A stretch of DNA of 64,000 nucleotides from Candidatus Zixiibacteriota bacterium (GCA_050117845.1 JASFLY010000006.1:65701-129700); one strand, 5' to 3'; shown: positions 1 through 10,557, numbered from the stretch's first letter. Made by a program: numbers and translations. Notes: a model not told the origin generated them from the sequence alone.

Positions 1-427
1 CGGCGACGAAATGGTCCGACCATTTCGGTAATTCAAAGTCGACCGTGGCGTCGCACCAATTGTATTCGGTTCCTTCCCCTATTACGAATCGTGGCCCCCA
101 TAACATGTTCGTCGGCACGCCGTTACGGAATAGGAAGATAGCGACGTTGAAACCGTCCCATTGGGAATTCGGCCAGTTGTCGCAGGAATAGAATCGTATC
201 GTTTTTACGGTTTTGGCGGCTAGCGTAGAGGTGTCGAACTCGTTCCCGATCCAGGTGCCCGCCGCGCCGTGAACGCCGGCGGAGCCGAGAGTTCCGTTAT
301 CCCATTTGAGCTCGTACGACGTGGGGTTAATATAGATGCGGCCATCCGCGGCCTCTATGTCGGCGCATCGGGCGGGGCCGCTTAAGGCGGCTACGGCGAG
401 TGCACAGAGGGCGATTACCTTTCCCAT
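1..427 (-). CDS. Secreted hypothetical protein, truncated by the window edge
   Basis: Manual translation (not in the ORF track): MGKVIALCALAVAALSGPARC signal peptide, then ...SYELKWDNGT...WIGNEFD...WPNSQWDGF..., open to position 1. Confidence 0.75.
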   Translation of the reverse strand, partial: MGKVIALCALAVAALSGPARCADIEAADGRIYINPTSYELKWDNGTLGSAGVHGAAGTWIGNEFDTSTLAAKTVKTIRFYSCDNWPNSQWDGFNVAIFLFRNGVPTNMLWGPRFVIGEGTEYNWCDATVDFELPKWSDHFVA

Positions 428-482
428 AATACGTCCCAGGGCGTAACGTCGAGTCGTTCGGCCCAACTTCCTCTCCGTAATA

Positions 483-511
483 ATTATAGTCTGGAACCGC
501 CGGCCAGTCAA
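483..511 (-). promoter_or_regulatory. sigma70-type promoter
   Basis: TTGACT-17 bp-TATAAT on the minus strand upstream of the 427 ATG. Confidence 0.75.
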
Positions 512-583
512 TTATTTTAATCGGGATTAAGCAGGATAACGGAACGGCGTTGCGACTCCCGGGGCGGGCCGGCCTCATTCTTT

Positions 584-691
584 ATACTATATATTGGGGT
601 AACTATATACACACCACATTATGTTGCGTTTTTCGCTTGCTTATACAAGCCTATATTGTTAGAATGCCGTTGGAGGTACTATATACTGTAT
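584..691. promoter_or_regulatory. Tandem NrdR-box-like operators upstream of smc
   Basis: ATACTATATATTGGGG (584-599), CCACATTATGTTGCGT (614-629) and GTACTATATACTGTAT (676-691) resemble acaCwAtATaTwGtgt. Confidence 0.5.
637..665 (+). promoter_or_regulatory. sigma70-type promoter of smc
   Basis: TTGCTT-17 bp-TAGAAT with an extended TG; GGAGG SD at 672-676. Confidence 0.65.
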
Positions 692-3600
692 GCGTCTTAG
701 TGCTGTCGATATCTTCGGTTTCAAGTCCTTCCCGCACCGGACCCGCGTCGATTTCGGCCCGGGTATCAGCGCCGTAGTCGGCCCCAACGGCTGCGGCAAG
801 TCCAATCTCTCCGACGCCGTCCGGTGGGCGCTCGGCGAGCAATCGGCCAAATCCCTGCGCGGCGACGTCATGGAGGACCTTATATTCAACGGAACGGCCG
901 ATACGCCGCCCCTCTCCATGGCCGAGGTCTCTTTAACCTTCACCGACGTTCAGGGTTACCTCTCCGTGGAGGCCGACGAACTGGTCGTTACCCGGAGGAT
1001 GTACCGTTCCGGCGAGTCCCATTATTATCTGAACAAACAACCCGTGCGCCTCAAGGACGTGCGGGATATGTTCGCCGATACCGGCCTGGGCAAGGCGTCG
1101 TACGCCGTCGTGGAGCAGGGCATGGTCGAGGCTATCGTCAAGGCCAAAGCCGACGAGCGCCGCGAGTTCTTCGAGGAAGCGGCCGGCATCCGCGGCTATC
1201 GGGCCAAGCGCGCCGAGGCGATGCGGAAACTCGACGACGTTCAGGCCAACATGGAACGCCTCGAGGACCTGTACGACGAGTACAAGCGGCGGGCCCGGGC
1301 GTTGAAGCGTCAGGCCGGAGCGGCCCGGCGCTACCAGGGCCTCGTGGACCGGCACCGCGACCTGGAAATAGGGCTGGCCCGTCTTGGCTACAAGGCCAAG
1401 TCGGAACAGAAACGCGCGGCGCTGGCCGGCCGGGACGAATTCCGGACGGCCCACCGGGAGGCCCGCGCCCGCACGACCAACGCCGACGCCGAGGTCTCCC
1501 GCCTGGACGCCGAAATAGCCCGGCTGGAACTCGAACTCGAGCGACGGGAGAAGGACCTGCTGGGGCGCCAGCGCGGCGTGAACGAGGCCGAGGCGGCGAA
1601 GCAGCTCGCCGAGGAACGGGGCCGCGCCGCGGCCGAGGAAGTGGCCCGCCTCACGGCCGAACGGGACCGGCTGGAAGCCGAACTGGCCCGGGCCGACGAG
1701 GAGAACCGCCGGATCGACGAGGAACTCGCGGCGGCGAGGGCGCAGGCCGCCGAACGCGAGGAGCGCCGGACGCGCGTCGCCGAGCAGCTGGCGGAGATTA
1801 GGGAGCGAGAGGCCGAGTTGGCCGAAACGCTGGAGGCCGTCCGCGCCGAGCAGATGCGGCGTCTCCACGACCGCACGCAACTCGCCAACCTCTTCGCGAC
1901 GGCCTCCGCCGCGCGCAAGAGCCACGCCGGCGAACTCGCCCGCCTGCGAGAGGAAGCGGGCCGGCAGTCGTCGCTCTTCGACGAGAAGTACGCCTCGCTT
2001 TCCAAGCTCACCGAGGAACTAGCCTCGCTCGAGCGGGAGTTAACCGGCTGTCGCGAGGCCGCAGGCAGGCTGGAGACTTCCGAAAAGCGCCTGGTCGGCG
2101 AATTGGCGCTGGCCGAGGCCGCCGTCGTCGAGGTCCGGACGCGGCGCGAAAAGGCGGGGTCCCGCCTCGCGTCGCTGGAGGAACTCGCCCGGCGTTTCGA
2201 GTCCTTCGAGACCGGCGTCAAGGCTTTAATGGAGAACGGCCGGCCGGAGGGCATCGGAGGCCTTTTGGCGGAAGCCGTCCGCGTGGAGCCGGGCTACGAG
2301 GCCGCGGCCGAGCGCGCGCTGGGCTACGCCGCCGGGGCCGTGCTGGCTCGGGACCTCCCCACCGCGACGGCCTACGGCCGCCGCCTCAAGGAGGACGGAA
2401 TAGGGAGGGCGGCGTTCCTGATTCCGGGGAACGGCGCCGGCAACCCGGGCGACCTTCCGGTCGTCGAGGGAGTGCGCGGATGGGCGTCGGACTTCGTCCG
2501 TATAGAGGGCGAGTACGCGGGCGCCGCCGCGGCGCTCTTGCGAAACGTCCTCGTGGTGGAGGACCTAACGGCGCTCGAGGCCGTGGTCGAAGTTTACCCG
2601 CATTCGCCGGCGGTCACGCTGGACGGCGACTGGTGGGACGGCCGGGCCGTTTTGATGGCGGGATCGGCCGAGGACGTTAGCGCGACCATCCTGGGCCGTC
2701 GGGCGGAGATAGACAAGCTCGCCGCCGCGGTGGAAAACCTCGACCGCGAGCTGTCCGCGAAACGGCACGACGTAGGCCGCCTGACCACCGAACGCGAAGA
2801 GACCGGCCGCCGCAAGCAGGAAAACGCGGAGCGGGCGGTCCGCCTGGACGCCGCGTGTGAAAATGCCCGGGGCGCGCTCTCGCGGGCCCACGACGAAAGC
2901 CGTTCCTTGGAGGAGAGCCGCGGCCTTATAGAGGCCGAGATAGCCGGTGCGGAGAACCGCCTGGCCGATGCCTTCGAGGACGAGGAGAGGCTGGGCGGCC
3001 AACTGCACGGCACCGAACTCGCCTGCGAGGAGGCCGCCGCGTCGGTCGAGGAGGCCGACCGGGAAATGCAGGAACTCCGCGGCCGGGTCGCCGCGCTCGA
3101 GCGCGAGGCCGCCGACGTCCGCGAGGACGTGGCGACGCTGCGCGAAAAGACGAAGGCCCTCACGGGCGGCCGGGAACGGTTGGCCCGCTTCAAAGTCGAG
3201 GGCACCGAGCGGCTGGAGACCCTCGCGGGGGGGCGGGAGAAGAAGGCGGGAGAGGCCGCCGAACTCGCCGAGGAAATTACGGAGTGCGAGGCCGAAATCG
3301 CCGAACGGCGGAACGTGTTCCAGGAGGCCGAAGGCGGCGTCAAGGAACTCCGGCTGGTTCGGGCCGAACTGGCGGCCCGGCGCCGCGAGGCCGAGGAGAC
3401 GCGGGCGGCGGCCGAAGGCGCGGCCGAGGAGGTCGCCGATTCCCTGAAAGAGAAGGAGATCCAGGTGGCCTCGCTAACCGGCGAGCTTAACGCGCTCGAC
3501 GAATCGGTGGCCGCGAAGTACGGCGTCCGTTTGAGCACGCTGGGGCCGGATGAATACGCGATAGAGGGAGACGTCGAAGAGGCGACGGCGGAGAAGGAAG

Positions 3601-4259
3601 CCCTGGCCCGCAAACTTGGTAAGATGGGAGAAGTAAACTTCCTGGCGGCCCGGGAGTACGACGAACTCGCCGCCTCCATCGCGGAGCTGGAGGGCCAGCG
3701 CGACGACCTGGCGCGCGCCCGGTCCGACCTCGACGAGAGTATCGCCCGCATCGACGGCCAGAGCCGGGAGAAGTTCGTCGCCACCTTCGACCAGGTGCGC
3801 ACGGATTTCCAGGAGATATTCAAAGCGGCCTTCGGCGGCGGCCAGGCGGACCTCCGCCTCCAGCCGGGAGTCGACCCCCTCGACGCCGGCATATACGTTT
3901 ACGCGCAGCCGCCCGGCAAGAAAATGGAGCACCTGACGCTCCTGTCGGGAGGCGAGAAGGCGCTAGCGGCCATCGCGCTTATCTTCGCGCTCTTCAACGC
4001 CCGGCCGGCGCCCTTCGCCATCCTGGACGAGGTCGACGCCCCGCTGGACGAGAACAACATAGGCCGCTTCCTGAAGCTGGTGGCCTCGTACCGCGGCCGC
4101 GTGCAGTTCATGGTTATCACCCACGCCCGCCGAACGATGGAGGAGTCGGACGCCATTTACGGCGTTACGATGGAACGGCGCGGCATTTCCAAGGTATTGT
4201 CGCTTAAATTTGAAGAGGTTCCGGAAGAGTATTTGGAACTCGCCGGGGCCGCTTCTTAA
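690..4259 (+). CDS. smc: Chromosome segregation protein SMC
   Basis: GFKSF, Walker A GPNGCGKSN, long coiled coils, hinge, LSGGE signature, Walker B ILDEVDAPLD; 1189 aa. Confidence 0.97.
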   Translation: MRLSAVDIFGFKSFPHRTRVDFGPGISAVVGPNGCGKSNLSDAVRWALGEQSAKSLRGDVMEDLIFNGTADTPPLSMAEVSLTFTDVQGYLSVEADELVVTRRMYRSGESHYYLNKQPVRLKDVRDMFADTGLGKASYAVVEQGMVEAIVKAKADERREFFEEAAGIRGYRAKRAEAMRKLDDVQANMERLEDLYDEYKRRARALKRQAGAARRYQGLVDRHRDLEIGLARLGYKAKSEQKRAALAGRDEFRTAHREARARTTNADAEVSRLDAEIARLELELERREKDLLGRQRGVNEAEAAKQLAEERGRAAAEEVARLTAERDRLEAELARADEENRRIDEELAAARAQAAEREERRTRVAEQLAEIREREAELAETLEAVRAEQMRRLHDRTQLANLFATASAARKSHAGELARLREEAGRQSSLFDEKYASLSKLTEELASLERELTGCREAAGRLETSEKRLVGELALAEAAVVEVRTRREKAGSRLASLEELARRFESFETGVKALMENGRPEGIGGLLAEAVRVEPGYEAAAERALGYAAGAVLARDLPTATAYGRRLKEDGIGRAAFLIPGNGAGNPGDLPVVEGVRGWASDFVRIEGEYAGAAAALLRNVLVVEDLTALEAVVEVYPHSPAVTLDGDWWDGRAVLMAGSAEDVSATILGRRAEIDKLAAAVENLDRELSAKRHDVGRLTTEREETGRRKQENAERAVRLDAACENARGALSRAHDESRSLEESRGLIEAEIAGAENRLADAFEDEERLGGQLHGTELACEEAAASVEEADREMQELRGRVAALEREAADVREDVATLREKTKALTGGRERLARFKVEGTERLETLAGGREKKAGEAAELAEEITECEAEIAERRNVFQEAEGGVKELRLVRAELAARRREAEETRAAAEGAAEEVADSLKEKEIQVASLTGELNALDESVAAKYGVRLSTLGPDEYAIEGDVEEATAEKEALARKLGKMGEVNFLAAREYDELAASIAELEGQRDDLARARSDLDESIARIDGQSREKFVATFDQVRTDFQEIFKAAFGGGQADLRLQPGVDPLDAGIYVYAQPPGKKMEHLTLLSGGEKALAAIALIFALFNARPAPFAILDEVDAPLDENNIGRFLKLVASYRGRVQFMVITHARRTMEESDAIYGVTMERRGISKVLSLKFEEVPEEYLELAGAAS

Positions 4260-4290
4260 GTAAAACTCCGGGGCTCCTGATCCCTAAAGG

Positions 4291-4324
4291 CGCGGGCGGC
4301 CGACTGCGGTCGCCCGCGTTTCTT
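4291..4324 (+). terminator. Intrinsic terminator after smc
   Basis: CGCGGGCGGCCG-ACTG-CGGTCGCCCGCG followed by TTTCTT. Confidence 0.6.
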
Positions 4325-4334
4325 ACGCCCTTTA

Positions 4335-4363
4335 TTGACACTACCGTCCTTTGTTGATATATT
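4335..4363 (+). promoter_or_regulatory. sigma70-type promoter, near-leaderless transcript
   Basis: TTGACA-17 bp-TATATT, 8 nt before ATG 4372, no SD. Confidence 0.7.
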
Positions 4364-4371
4364 TTAACGTT

Positions 4372-5145
4372 ATGCCCGTCTCCGATAGCGATAAATACGG
4401 CGTCTGCCAGAAACACGAGGGGCGGCCGGCGATTGCCGTGTGTCCGCGTTGCGGCCGGTTCATGTGCCCGCTGTGCGTCAGCCACGGGGCCGAGGTCGGC
4501 GGCCATTTGGTGTGCCGGGAATGCATTGCCGTACTCGCCATGCAGAGCGGCCTCCGCCGGGCCGTCGCATGGGAGAAGCGCGACGGTATGTCTTTCTTCC
4601 GGGCCTTTTTCGCGACCTGGCGCGACGTGATATTCGCTCCCCGGGGATTTTTCGGCGGCCTGGATCCGGAGGGGAGTCTTTTCTGGCCCCTCATCTTCGC
4701 CGCTATATGCCTGGCGCTGGGCTTCCTCGGCGGCCTGTGGGGGATAGGCGAGGCGGCGGGGGCGCTGGTCGGCCCGGGCGGCGCGGCGCTCGTCGCGGCG
4801 GTTGCGGTCGGCGTGGCGCCGGCGACGTACATTATATCCTTCGTCATAACGGTCGCGTATCTACATTTGTTGGCCGCGGGGATGGGCGGCTCGGGCAGCC
4901 TGCGGGCGACGGTTCGGGCGACGGCGTACTGCCAGGCCGCGGCTGTGGCCGAGGTAATCCCGGCGGTGGGAGGCATTCTGGCATTCGTGTTGCGCCTCTC
5001 TCTTTACGGCTGGGGCGTCTCGGCGGTGCACGGCTTTTCGGTGAAAAAAGCGATAGCGTTTTACGTTATAATTGTAGCGACGGCCGGGGGGTTTATATAT
5101 TTCGGCGTTCAGTTGTTGACGCCGTTCTTACCGGCAGCTCTGTAG
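4372..5145 (+). CDS. Yip1-like membrane protein with N-terminal B-box-like Cys/His zinc finger
   Basis: CxxH...CxxC...CxxC...CxxC N-terminus, WE...FF..TW..V.F.P.GFF, five hydrophobic segments; ATG chosen downstream of the promoter. Confidence 0.75.
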   Translation: MPVSDSDKYGVCQKHEGRPAIAVCPRCGRFMCPLCVSHGAEVGGHLVCRECIAVLAMQSGLRRAVAWEKRDGMSFFRAFFATWRDVIFAPRGFFGGLDPEGSLFWPLIFAAICLALGFLGGLWGIGEAAGALVGPGGAALVAAVAVGVAPATYIISFVITVAYLHLLAAGMGGSGSLRATVRATAYCQAAAVAEVIPAVGGILAFVLRLSLYGWGVSAVHGFSVKKAIAFYVIIVATAGGFIYFGVQLLTPFLPAAL

Positions 5146-5200
5146 GTATTAACCTCGGCCTTCCTCGCCGCCGGGCCCCGTTCCCGGCGCCGGTTGATTT

Positions 5201-6040
5201 ATGGTGAAATCGGTCCCAACGGCGGCCGGCCTGGCCGTCGCAGCCGCGCTGATTTTCGGGGCCTGCGGGCCCGCCGAGAAGCCGGCCTCGACGGCGGAAG
5301 TCCCGGAGGGCGCGGACCTCGTCCGCGGTTCGATAACCGTATTGGGGCCGGAGGACAGGCCCCTCCCCGCGGGCGTCGCCTTCTACGAGGCGGGAGACCA
5401 CGCGCGGCCCAGTTGGCAGGGCCTGGCGGGGGAGGAGTACGGCCTCGCCGCGGGCCGCTACGATTTGTTAATAGAGTACTTCGGCCAGAAGTACTGGCAA
5501 CGGGGTGTGGAGCCGACCGCCGGCGAGAACGCCGTCCGCCTGCCGATGGCGACCTTCTCGGTGGACTTTAGCTCGAGCCGGGGGGACAGGCTGGCGGGGC
5601 GGGTTGAGCTTTACCCGGCGGGACTGACCGACGAGGCGCCGGTGATGGAGGGCGAAACGTACGAGGGGCTGGCGGTGTTGGCCGGGGTGTACGACGTGCG
5701 GGTTACCGTTCAGGACAGGGAGCGGTGGCTGCGCGGCGTCGAACTGGAGGCGGGGGATTACGAGACGAAGACGTTGGTCGAGCCAGTCGGGTATTTGCGG
5801 GTAGACGTGGTCGACCAGGACGGCGAGCCGCTGGAGGCGGAAGTCTGGGCGTACGGCCCGGCCTCGGGCCACGAACCGGCGGCTATCGGAACGAGCTACA
5901 GGCCGATGGCGCTACTCCCCGGCCGTTACGACGTCGCCGTGCGTTGGGCCGGAACGCGGGACTTTTCGTCCGGCGTGGCCGTGCTCCGCAACCAAACCAC
6001 GGTGGAAGTGTTCACCTTTTGGCGAAGTGAGGCTCCTTAA
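5201..6040 (+). CDS. Lipoprotein with three beta-sandwich-like repeats
   Basis: Lipobox FGAC; repeated L(A/L)(A/P)G(R/V)YD(L/V) motifs. Confidence 0.7.
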   Translation: MVKSVPTAAGLAVAAALIFGACGPAEKPASTAEVPEGADLVRGSITVLGPEDRPLPAGVAFYEAGDHARPSWQGLAGEEYGLAAGRYDLLIEYFGQKYWQRGVEPTAGENAVRLPMATFSVDFSSSRGDRLAGRVELYPAGLTDEAPVMEGETYEGLAVLAGVYDVRVTVQDRERWLRGVELEAGDYETKTLVEPVGYLRVDVVDQDGEPLEAEVWAYGPASGHEPAAIGTSYRPMALLPGRYDVAVRWAGTRDFSSGVAVLRNQTTVEVFTFWRSEAP

Positions 6041-7650
6041 TGGCAGACAGGACGACCCGGCGCGCGTTCGATAAGAGAATGCGGAACATCAAGGCCGGCA
6101 TTATAACGCTGGTAGTCGTGGCGGCGCTGGTGGGCGCGCTTCTAATCTCGACGGCGCTGTTACCGCCGCAGATATCGGCGTGGCGTTCCCGCCGCTCCAC
6201 GGAAGAGGCTCGGGCGCTCGTGGCCGAGGATAAAGTGTTGCAGGCCATGGGCCTTCTGGAGCACGCCATCACGCTCGACCCGGACAACGAACTGGCCCAC
6301 TTTAACTTGGGCGTATTGGAACTCGGCGTTACGGGCGACGCCTCGTCCGCGGGCGACCATTTCAAGCGCGCCGCGGAACTGGACGAGGATTTCGGCCTGG
6401 CCTACTACAACCTCGGCGTGGTCCAACTTTTTTATCTGAACAAACCCCGGCTCGCCAAGGACAACTTCAAGCGGGCTACGGAAATCGATCCGGAGCGGGG
6501 CGCGGGCTTCGCGGGGCTGGGCTTCGCGTGCGAGGCGCTCGGCGAGTACGGCGAGGCCCGGGACGCCTACGACCGTTACCTGGAACTCGACGCCTCGGGG
6601 CCGTGGGTTGAGCTCGTCAAACAGCACCGGCAGGCCATCGGCGGCTTCCCGGCGGTGGATGACCTCTCGGCCCGGATGCGCGGGGCCGAAGACGTATTCG
6701 AGATAGTCGCGGTCGGCGACATCAGCCTCGCCCGCGGTGTCAACGTGGACCTCTACACCGGCCGGTCGGAAAGCCCCCTGCGCTACGTGGCGCCGCTCAT
6801 AAGTCGGGCGCACGTCGCCTTCGGGAATCTCGAGTCGCCTTTAACCAAGCGCGCCGAGCGTGTGGCGGACAAGGGGCCCCACGGCGGCTCGATTTACCTT
6901 AAAGGGAATCCCGATTACACTTTCCTGTTGACCGAGGCCGGCTTCGACGTCCTCTCGCTCGCCAATAACCACATAATGGATTACGGCGAGCAGGGCCTCG
7001 AGGACACGCTATACTCCCTCGAGCAGGAGGAGATAAAGCGGGCCGGCGCCGGGCCGGACCTGGCCGCCGCGCTCGAGCCCGCGGTCGTCGACCTGGACGG
7101 GTATATAATTCACTTCCTCGCGTTCTCGGGCGTGGAGCCGTCCTCCTATTACGCGGCCGCCGGCAAGGCCGGGTCGGCTCCATTGAACGAGGGCACGGTG
7201 CTGAGCGCCATAGGTCGGTCCAAGAGCGAGGCCAATCTGGTCGTCGTGTCGCTGCACTGGGGCGCGGAGTCCATGGCTTACCCCTCGTCGGAACAGAAGC
7301 GCATGGCCCACAAGTTCGTGGACGCCGGCGCCGATCTGATCCTCGGCCACCACCCCCACGTCCTCCAGGGCATCGAGTCGTACGGCGACGGGATAATCGC
7401 GTACAGCCTGGGGAATTTCCTCTTCGATTCCAAATACGCCTCGCGACACTACTCGACGGTGCTGACGGTGGAGGTCTCGCGGTCCCAGGGGATCCTCGGC
7501 TTCCGCCTCATCCCGATTTACATCAAGGGAACCGAACCGACGGTGGCCGGCAGCGAGAAGGCGATGGAGTTCGTCGACTTCGCTCTCTTGAGCGCTTCGG
7601 GCGAACGCGTGCCGATAACTCCGCCGAAACCGCCCAAGACGGAAGGGTAG
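6040..7650 (+). CDS. Membrane-anchored TPR + CapA/PGA_cap metallophosphatase-fold protein
   Basis: N-terminal TM, TPR repeats (AHFNLG, AYYNLG), VGDI, GNLESP, LANNHIMDYG, SLHWG, GHHPHV, YSLGNF. Confidence 0.88.
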   Translation: MADRTTRRAFDKRMRNIKAGIITLVVVAALVGALLISTALLPPQISAWRSRRSTEEARALVAEDKVLQAMGLLEHAITLDPDNELAHFNLGVLELGVTGDASSAGDHFKRAAELDEDFGLAYYNLGVVQLFYLNKPRLAKDNFKRATEIDPERGAGFAGLGFACEALGEYGEARDAYDRYLELDASGPWVELVKQHRQAIGGFPAVDDLSARMRGAEDVFEIVAVGDISLARGVNVDLYTGRSESPLRYVAPLISRAHVAFGNLESPLTKRAERVADKGPHGGSIYLKGNPDYTFLLTEAGFDVLSLANNHIMDYGEQGLEDTLYSLEQEEIKRAGAGPDLAAALEPAVVDLDGYIIHFLAFSGVEPSSYYAAAGKAGSAPLNEGTVLSAIGRSKSEANLVVVSLHWGAESMAYPSSEQKRMAHKFVDAGADLILGHHPHVLQGIESYGDGIIAYSLGNFLFDSKYASRHYSTVLTVEVSRSQGILGFRLIPIYIKGTEPTVAGSEKAMEFVDFALLSASGERVPITPPKPPKTEG

Positions 7651-7675
7651 CGAGACAGGAAGGCCGCTCGGTAAT

Positions 7676-8512
7676 ATGCTAGTCGACGTCATACGCGTAC
7701 GCTTTTTAAACGAGAGCCGCGAGTTCCACATCCCGGCCGGCGGGATACCTCTGGAACCCGGCGAGGTCGTAATCGTCGAGACGGAGGACGGCCTCGACGT
7801 CTGCGAGGTCGTGGAGCCCACGCGGGCGTGCCCCCGGCGCGAGATAGAGTCGCCGGAGACGGCCATCCTCCGCAAGGCCACGCCCAACGACCTCGAGTGG
7901 CTGGCGACGAAGCAGGAGACCGAGGAGACCGCGGCCGAGGCCTGTCGGGAAATCTCGGGCCGCCTCAACCTGGACATGAAACTCGCCGGCGTCAAGATGA
8001 CGTTCGACGGCGCCAAGATTATATTCTATTTCTCCGCCGACCAGCGGGTGGACTTCCGGACGCTCGTGCGCGAACTCGCCAAGAAGTTCCGCACGCGCAT
8101 CGAGATGCGGCAGATAGGCGTCCGGGACAAGGCCAAACAGCTCGGCGGCCTGGGCGTTTGCGGCAGGCCGCTCTGCTGCACGGTTTTCCTCAACAAGTTC
8201 GAGCCGGTTACGATGAAGATGGCCAAGGAGCAAAACCTGACGCTGAGCCCCTCCAAGATATCGGGATTCTGCGGTCGTCTCATGTGTTGCCTGGCGTACG
8301 AGAACGACTTCTACCGCAACGTCAAGGCGTCGTTCCCGGCCGTGGGCACCAAGGTTACGACGCCCCAGGGCGACGGCGAGGTCAAGGGCATACTGGCGCT
8401 CACCGATTCGGTCGTGGTACTTCTGGATACCGGCGCGGCCGTCAAAATTAAACGGGCCGACGTCAAGGCGGTCCCGAAGAAGGAACGCAGCGCTTCTCCC
8501 TCCGATGGTTAA
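7676..8512 (+). CDS. ricT: PSP1-domain protein RicT/YaaT
   Basis: RVDFRTLVRELA, RIEMRQIGVRD, CGRPLCC, KISGFCGRLMCCLAYE. Confidence 0.92.
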   Translation: MLVDVIRVRFLNESREFHIPAGGIPLEPGEVVIVETEDGLDVCEVVEPTRACPRREIESPETAILRKATPNDLEWLATKQETEETAAEACREISGRLNLDMKLAGVKMTFDGAKIIFYFSADQRVDFRTLVRELAKKFRTRIEMRQIGVRDKAKQLGGLGVCGRPLCCTVFLNKFEPVTMKMAKEQNLTLSPSKISGFCGRLMCCLAYENDFYRNVKASFPAVGTKVTTPQGDGEVKGILALTDSVVVLLDTGAAVKIKRADVKAVPKKERSASPSDG

Positions 8513-9182
8513 GGTGTGGCGCAAAACGGCGTTCGTGTTCATCGGCTTGCTCCCGGCGGCCGCGTTTTTTTACGGGGCGGCGGCACGGGCCGCGGACGAT
8601 TGGACCGTATCCGGCGCGGCCGGCGTCTTTCAGTATTACGATTACGACGGCCTTACGGCCCTGACGCGGGTAGGGCCCGCGGGCACCCTTGTCGTGGCGC
8701 TCGAGCGCCCCGCGCGCGCGTACGAGATAGAGGCCCGCGGCCGCTTCTACGGCGACGACGACTACGAGGCGGCCTGCGAGTTCCGCGTACCGTTTTATTT
8801 TCACCCGAGGCCGGCCCGGCCTTACGTGGCCCCGGCGGCGGGATTCCTCCTGGCCCGGGAGGACGCGGCGACGCATCGGCTGGCGGCCGTCGGCGTCCGG
8901 GTGGGAGGCCGGCTCTACGCGAAAGGCGCCGCGGTCGAGGTGGACGTCTTCGCCGCTTACCGAGGCCGCGTCGACTTCGACGAGGACGCCGGCCGGGGGC
9001 GACCCTTGTTCGCCTCCGAGCTCGAGGCCGGCGCTACGGCCGATTGGTTCATCCGGCCCTGGCTCGGCCTGCGCGTCGACGGCCGTCTGCTCTGGCCCGG
9101 CTTTTTCGCCGAGAAGCACGGCGAGTGGCACGGCCCGGGCGTGGCGCCGTTCGTAATGGCGGGGCCCTCGTTCCGCTTCTGA
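8505..9182 (+). CDS. Secreted, probably outer-membrane beta-barrel hypothetical protein
   Basis: Signal peptide, amphipathic strands, C-terminal SFRF; overlaps the ricT stop. Confidence 0.6.
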   Translation: MVKVWRKTAFVFIGLLPAAAFFYGAAARAADDWTVSGAAGVFQYYDYDGLTALTRVGPAGTLVVALERPARAYEIEARGRFYGDDDYEAACEFRVPFYFHPRPARPYVAPAAGFLLAREDAATHRLAAVGVRVGGRLYAKGAAVEVDVFAAYRGRVDFDEDAGRGRPLFASELEAGATADWFIRPWLGLRVDGRLLWPGFFAEKHGEWHGPGVAPFVMAGPSFRF

Positions 9183-9265
9183 CCTATTTGCCTTTACGTC
9201 GGGACGCCATTTGTATTATAATTAAACTCCGAAATAACCCCCTACCCTCAACGGGAGGTCCGCAT

Positions 9266-10045
9266 ATGGAAGCCATAGGCTGTATCGGGACGCCCCTCAT
9301 AATCGCCGGCGTCATTTTAATCTTCATACTCGCCAGCGCTATCCGCATCCTGCGGGAGTACGAACGCGGCGTCGTCTTCCGCCTGGGTCGCCTCGTCGGG
9401 GCCAAGGGGCCCGGCCTCATCATCCTTATCCCCATTGTCGACCGCATGGTGCGCGTGGACCTTCGGACCATCGCCCACGACGTGCCGCCGCAGGACGTTA
9501 TCACCAAAGACAACGTCTCGCTCAAGGTTAACGCCGTCGTTTACTTCCGCGTTATGGATCCGAACAAGGCCGTGGTCGAGGTCGCCGATTACTACTTCGC
9601 GACGAGCCAGCTGGCGCAGACGACGCTCCGGTCCATCCTGGGCCAGTCTGAGCTGGACGACGTGCTGGTGCACCGGGAGAAGATCAACCAGAGCCTCCAG
9701 CATATCCTGGACCAGTCCACCGATCCGTGGGGGATCAAGGTTTCCATGGTCGAGGTCAAACACGTCGACCTGCCCATGGAAATGCAGCGGGCGATGGCGA
9801 AGCAGGCCGAGGCCGAGCGCGAGCGCCGCGCCAAGGTCATCAACTCCGAAGGTGAATACCAGGCGGCCCAGCGTCTCATGGAGGCCGCGGAGATTATCCA
9901 GGCCGCGCCGGCGGCGTTGCAGCTCCGTTTCCTCCAAACGTTGCGCGAAATCGCGGCGGAGAACAACTCCACGACGCTGTTCCCGATTCCCATCGACCTC
10001 TTCGAGCCGTTCCTGGAAGCGTACCGTAAAAAAGAGGGCAAATAA
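9266..10045 (+). CDS. SPFH/band 7 (stomatin-like) protein
   Basis: [58 protein letters not shown] before ATG 9266. Confidence 0.95.
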   Translation: MEAIGCIGTPLIIAGVILIFILASAIRILREYERGVVFRLGRLVGAKGPGLIILIPIVDRMVRVDLRTIAHDVPPQDVITKDNVSLKVNAVVYFRVMDPNKAVVEVADYYFATSQLAQTTLRSILGQSELDDVLVHREKINQSLQHILDQSTDPWGIKVSMVEVKHVDLPMEMQRAMAKQAEAERERRAKVINSEGEYQAAQRLMEAAEIIQAAPAALQLRFLQTLREIAAENNSTTLFPIPIDLFEPFLEAYRKKEGK

Positions 10046-10082
10046 GCAAGGGCCTCGTTTAGCTTAGGCCGGAGTATAAATT

Positions 10083-10547
10083 ATGTTTACTAGACTCGTG
10101 CGGGCGGCTTTGACGCTGGGCGCGGTCCTGGTCCTCGTGGCGGGCTGCGGCCCCATCGACAAGCGCAAGGCGCTCAAGGATTGCGAATTCAAACTCGACG
10201 ACGTCGAGGTTAAGAACGTGTCCCTCTCGGACGTGGACATGCTGGTAAAGCTGTCCGTCTACAACCCCAACGATACCGAGGTCATAATCGACCGATTCTC
10301 ATATAAACTGTGGAGCGACAAGAATCCCATCGCCGAGGGCTGGCACCGCCAGCAGGAACACCTGGGGCCGGGCGAGGACAAGGTAATCCCGCTGACGATG
10401 AAGACGCCCCTCAAGAACCTCGGCAAGGGCGTATTAAACCAGATTACCAATTCCGGCAACGTGACCTATGCCCTCCAGGCCAACGTTTATCTGAACACCT
10501 TCCTGGGGGAGTTGGAGTTCCCGATCACGGTGCGGAAAAAGTATTGA
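10083..10547 (+). CDS. LEA type 2 (WHy domain) lipoprotein
   Basis: Lipobox VAGC, YNPN motif. Confidence 0.8.
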   Translation: MFTRLVRAALTLGAVLVLVAGCGPIDKRKALKDCEFKLDDVEVKNVSLSDVDMLVKLSVYNPNDTEVIIDRFSYKLWSDKNPIAEGWHRQQEHLGPGEDKVIPLTMKTPLKNLGKGVLNQITNSGNVTYALQANVYLNTFLGELEFPITVRKKY

Positions 10548-10557
10548 GGTTGACCTC

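Noticed and set aside
291..545. 12-bp inverted repeat (291-302 / 534-545) as an invertible promoter
   Set aside because: One copy is inside coding sequence, no invertase is nearby, and a 12-bp match is plausible by chance
8516..10045. 509-aa ORF as listed in the ORF track
   Set aside because: The Arg-rich N-terminus overlaps another gene; the SPFH protein starts at SD-preceded ATG 9266
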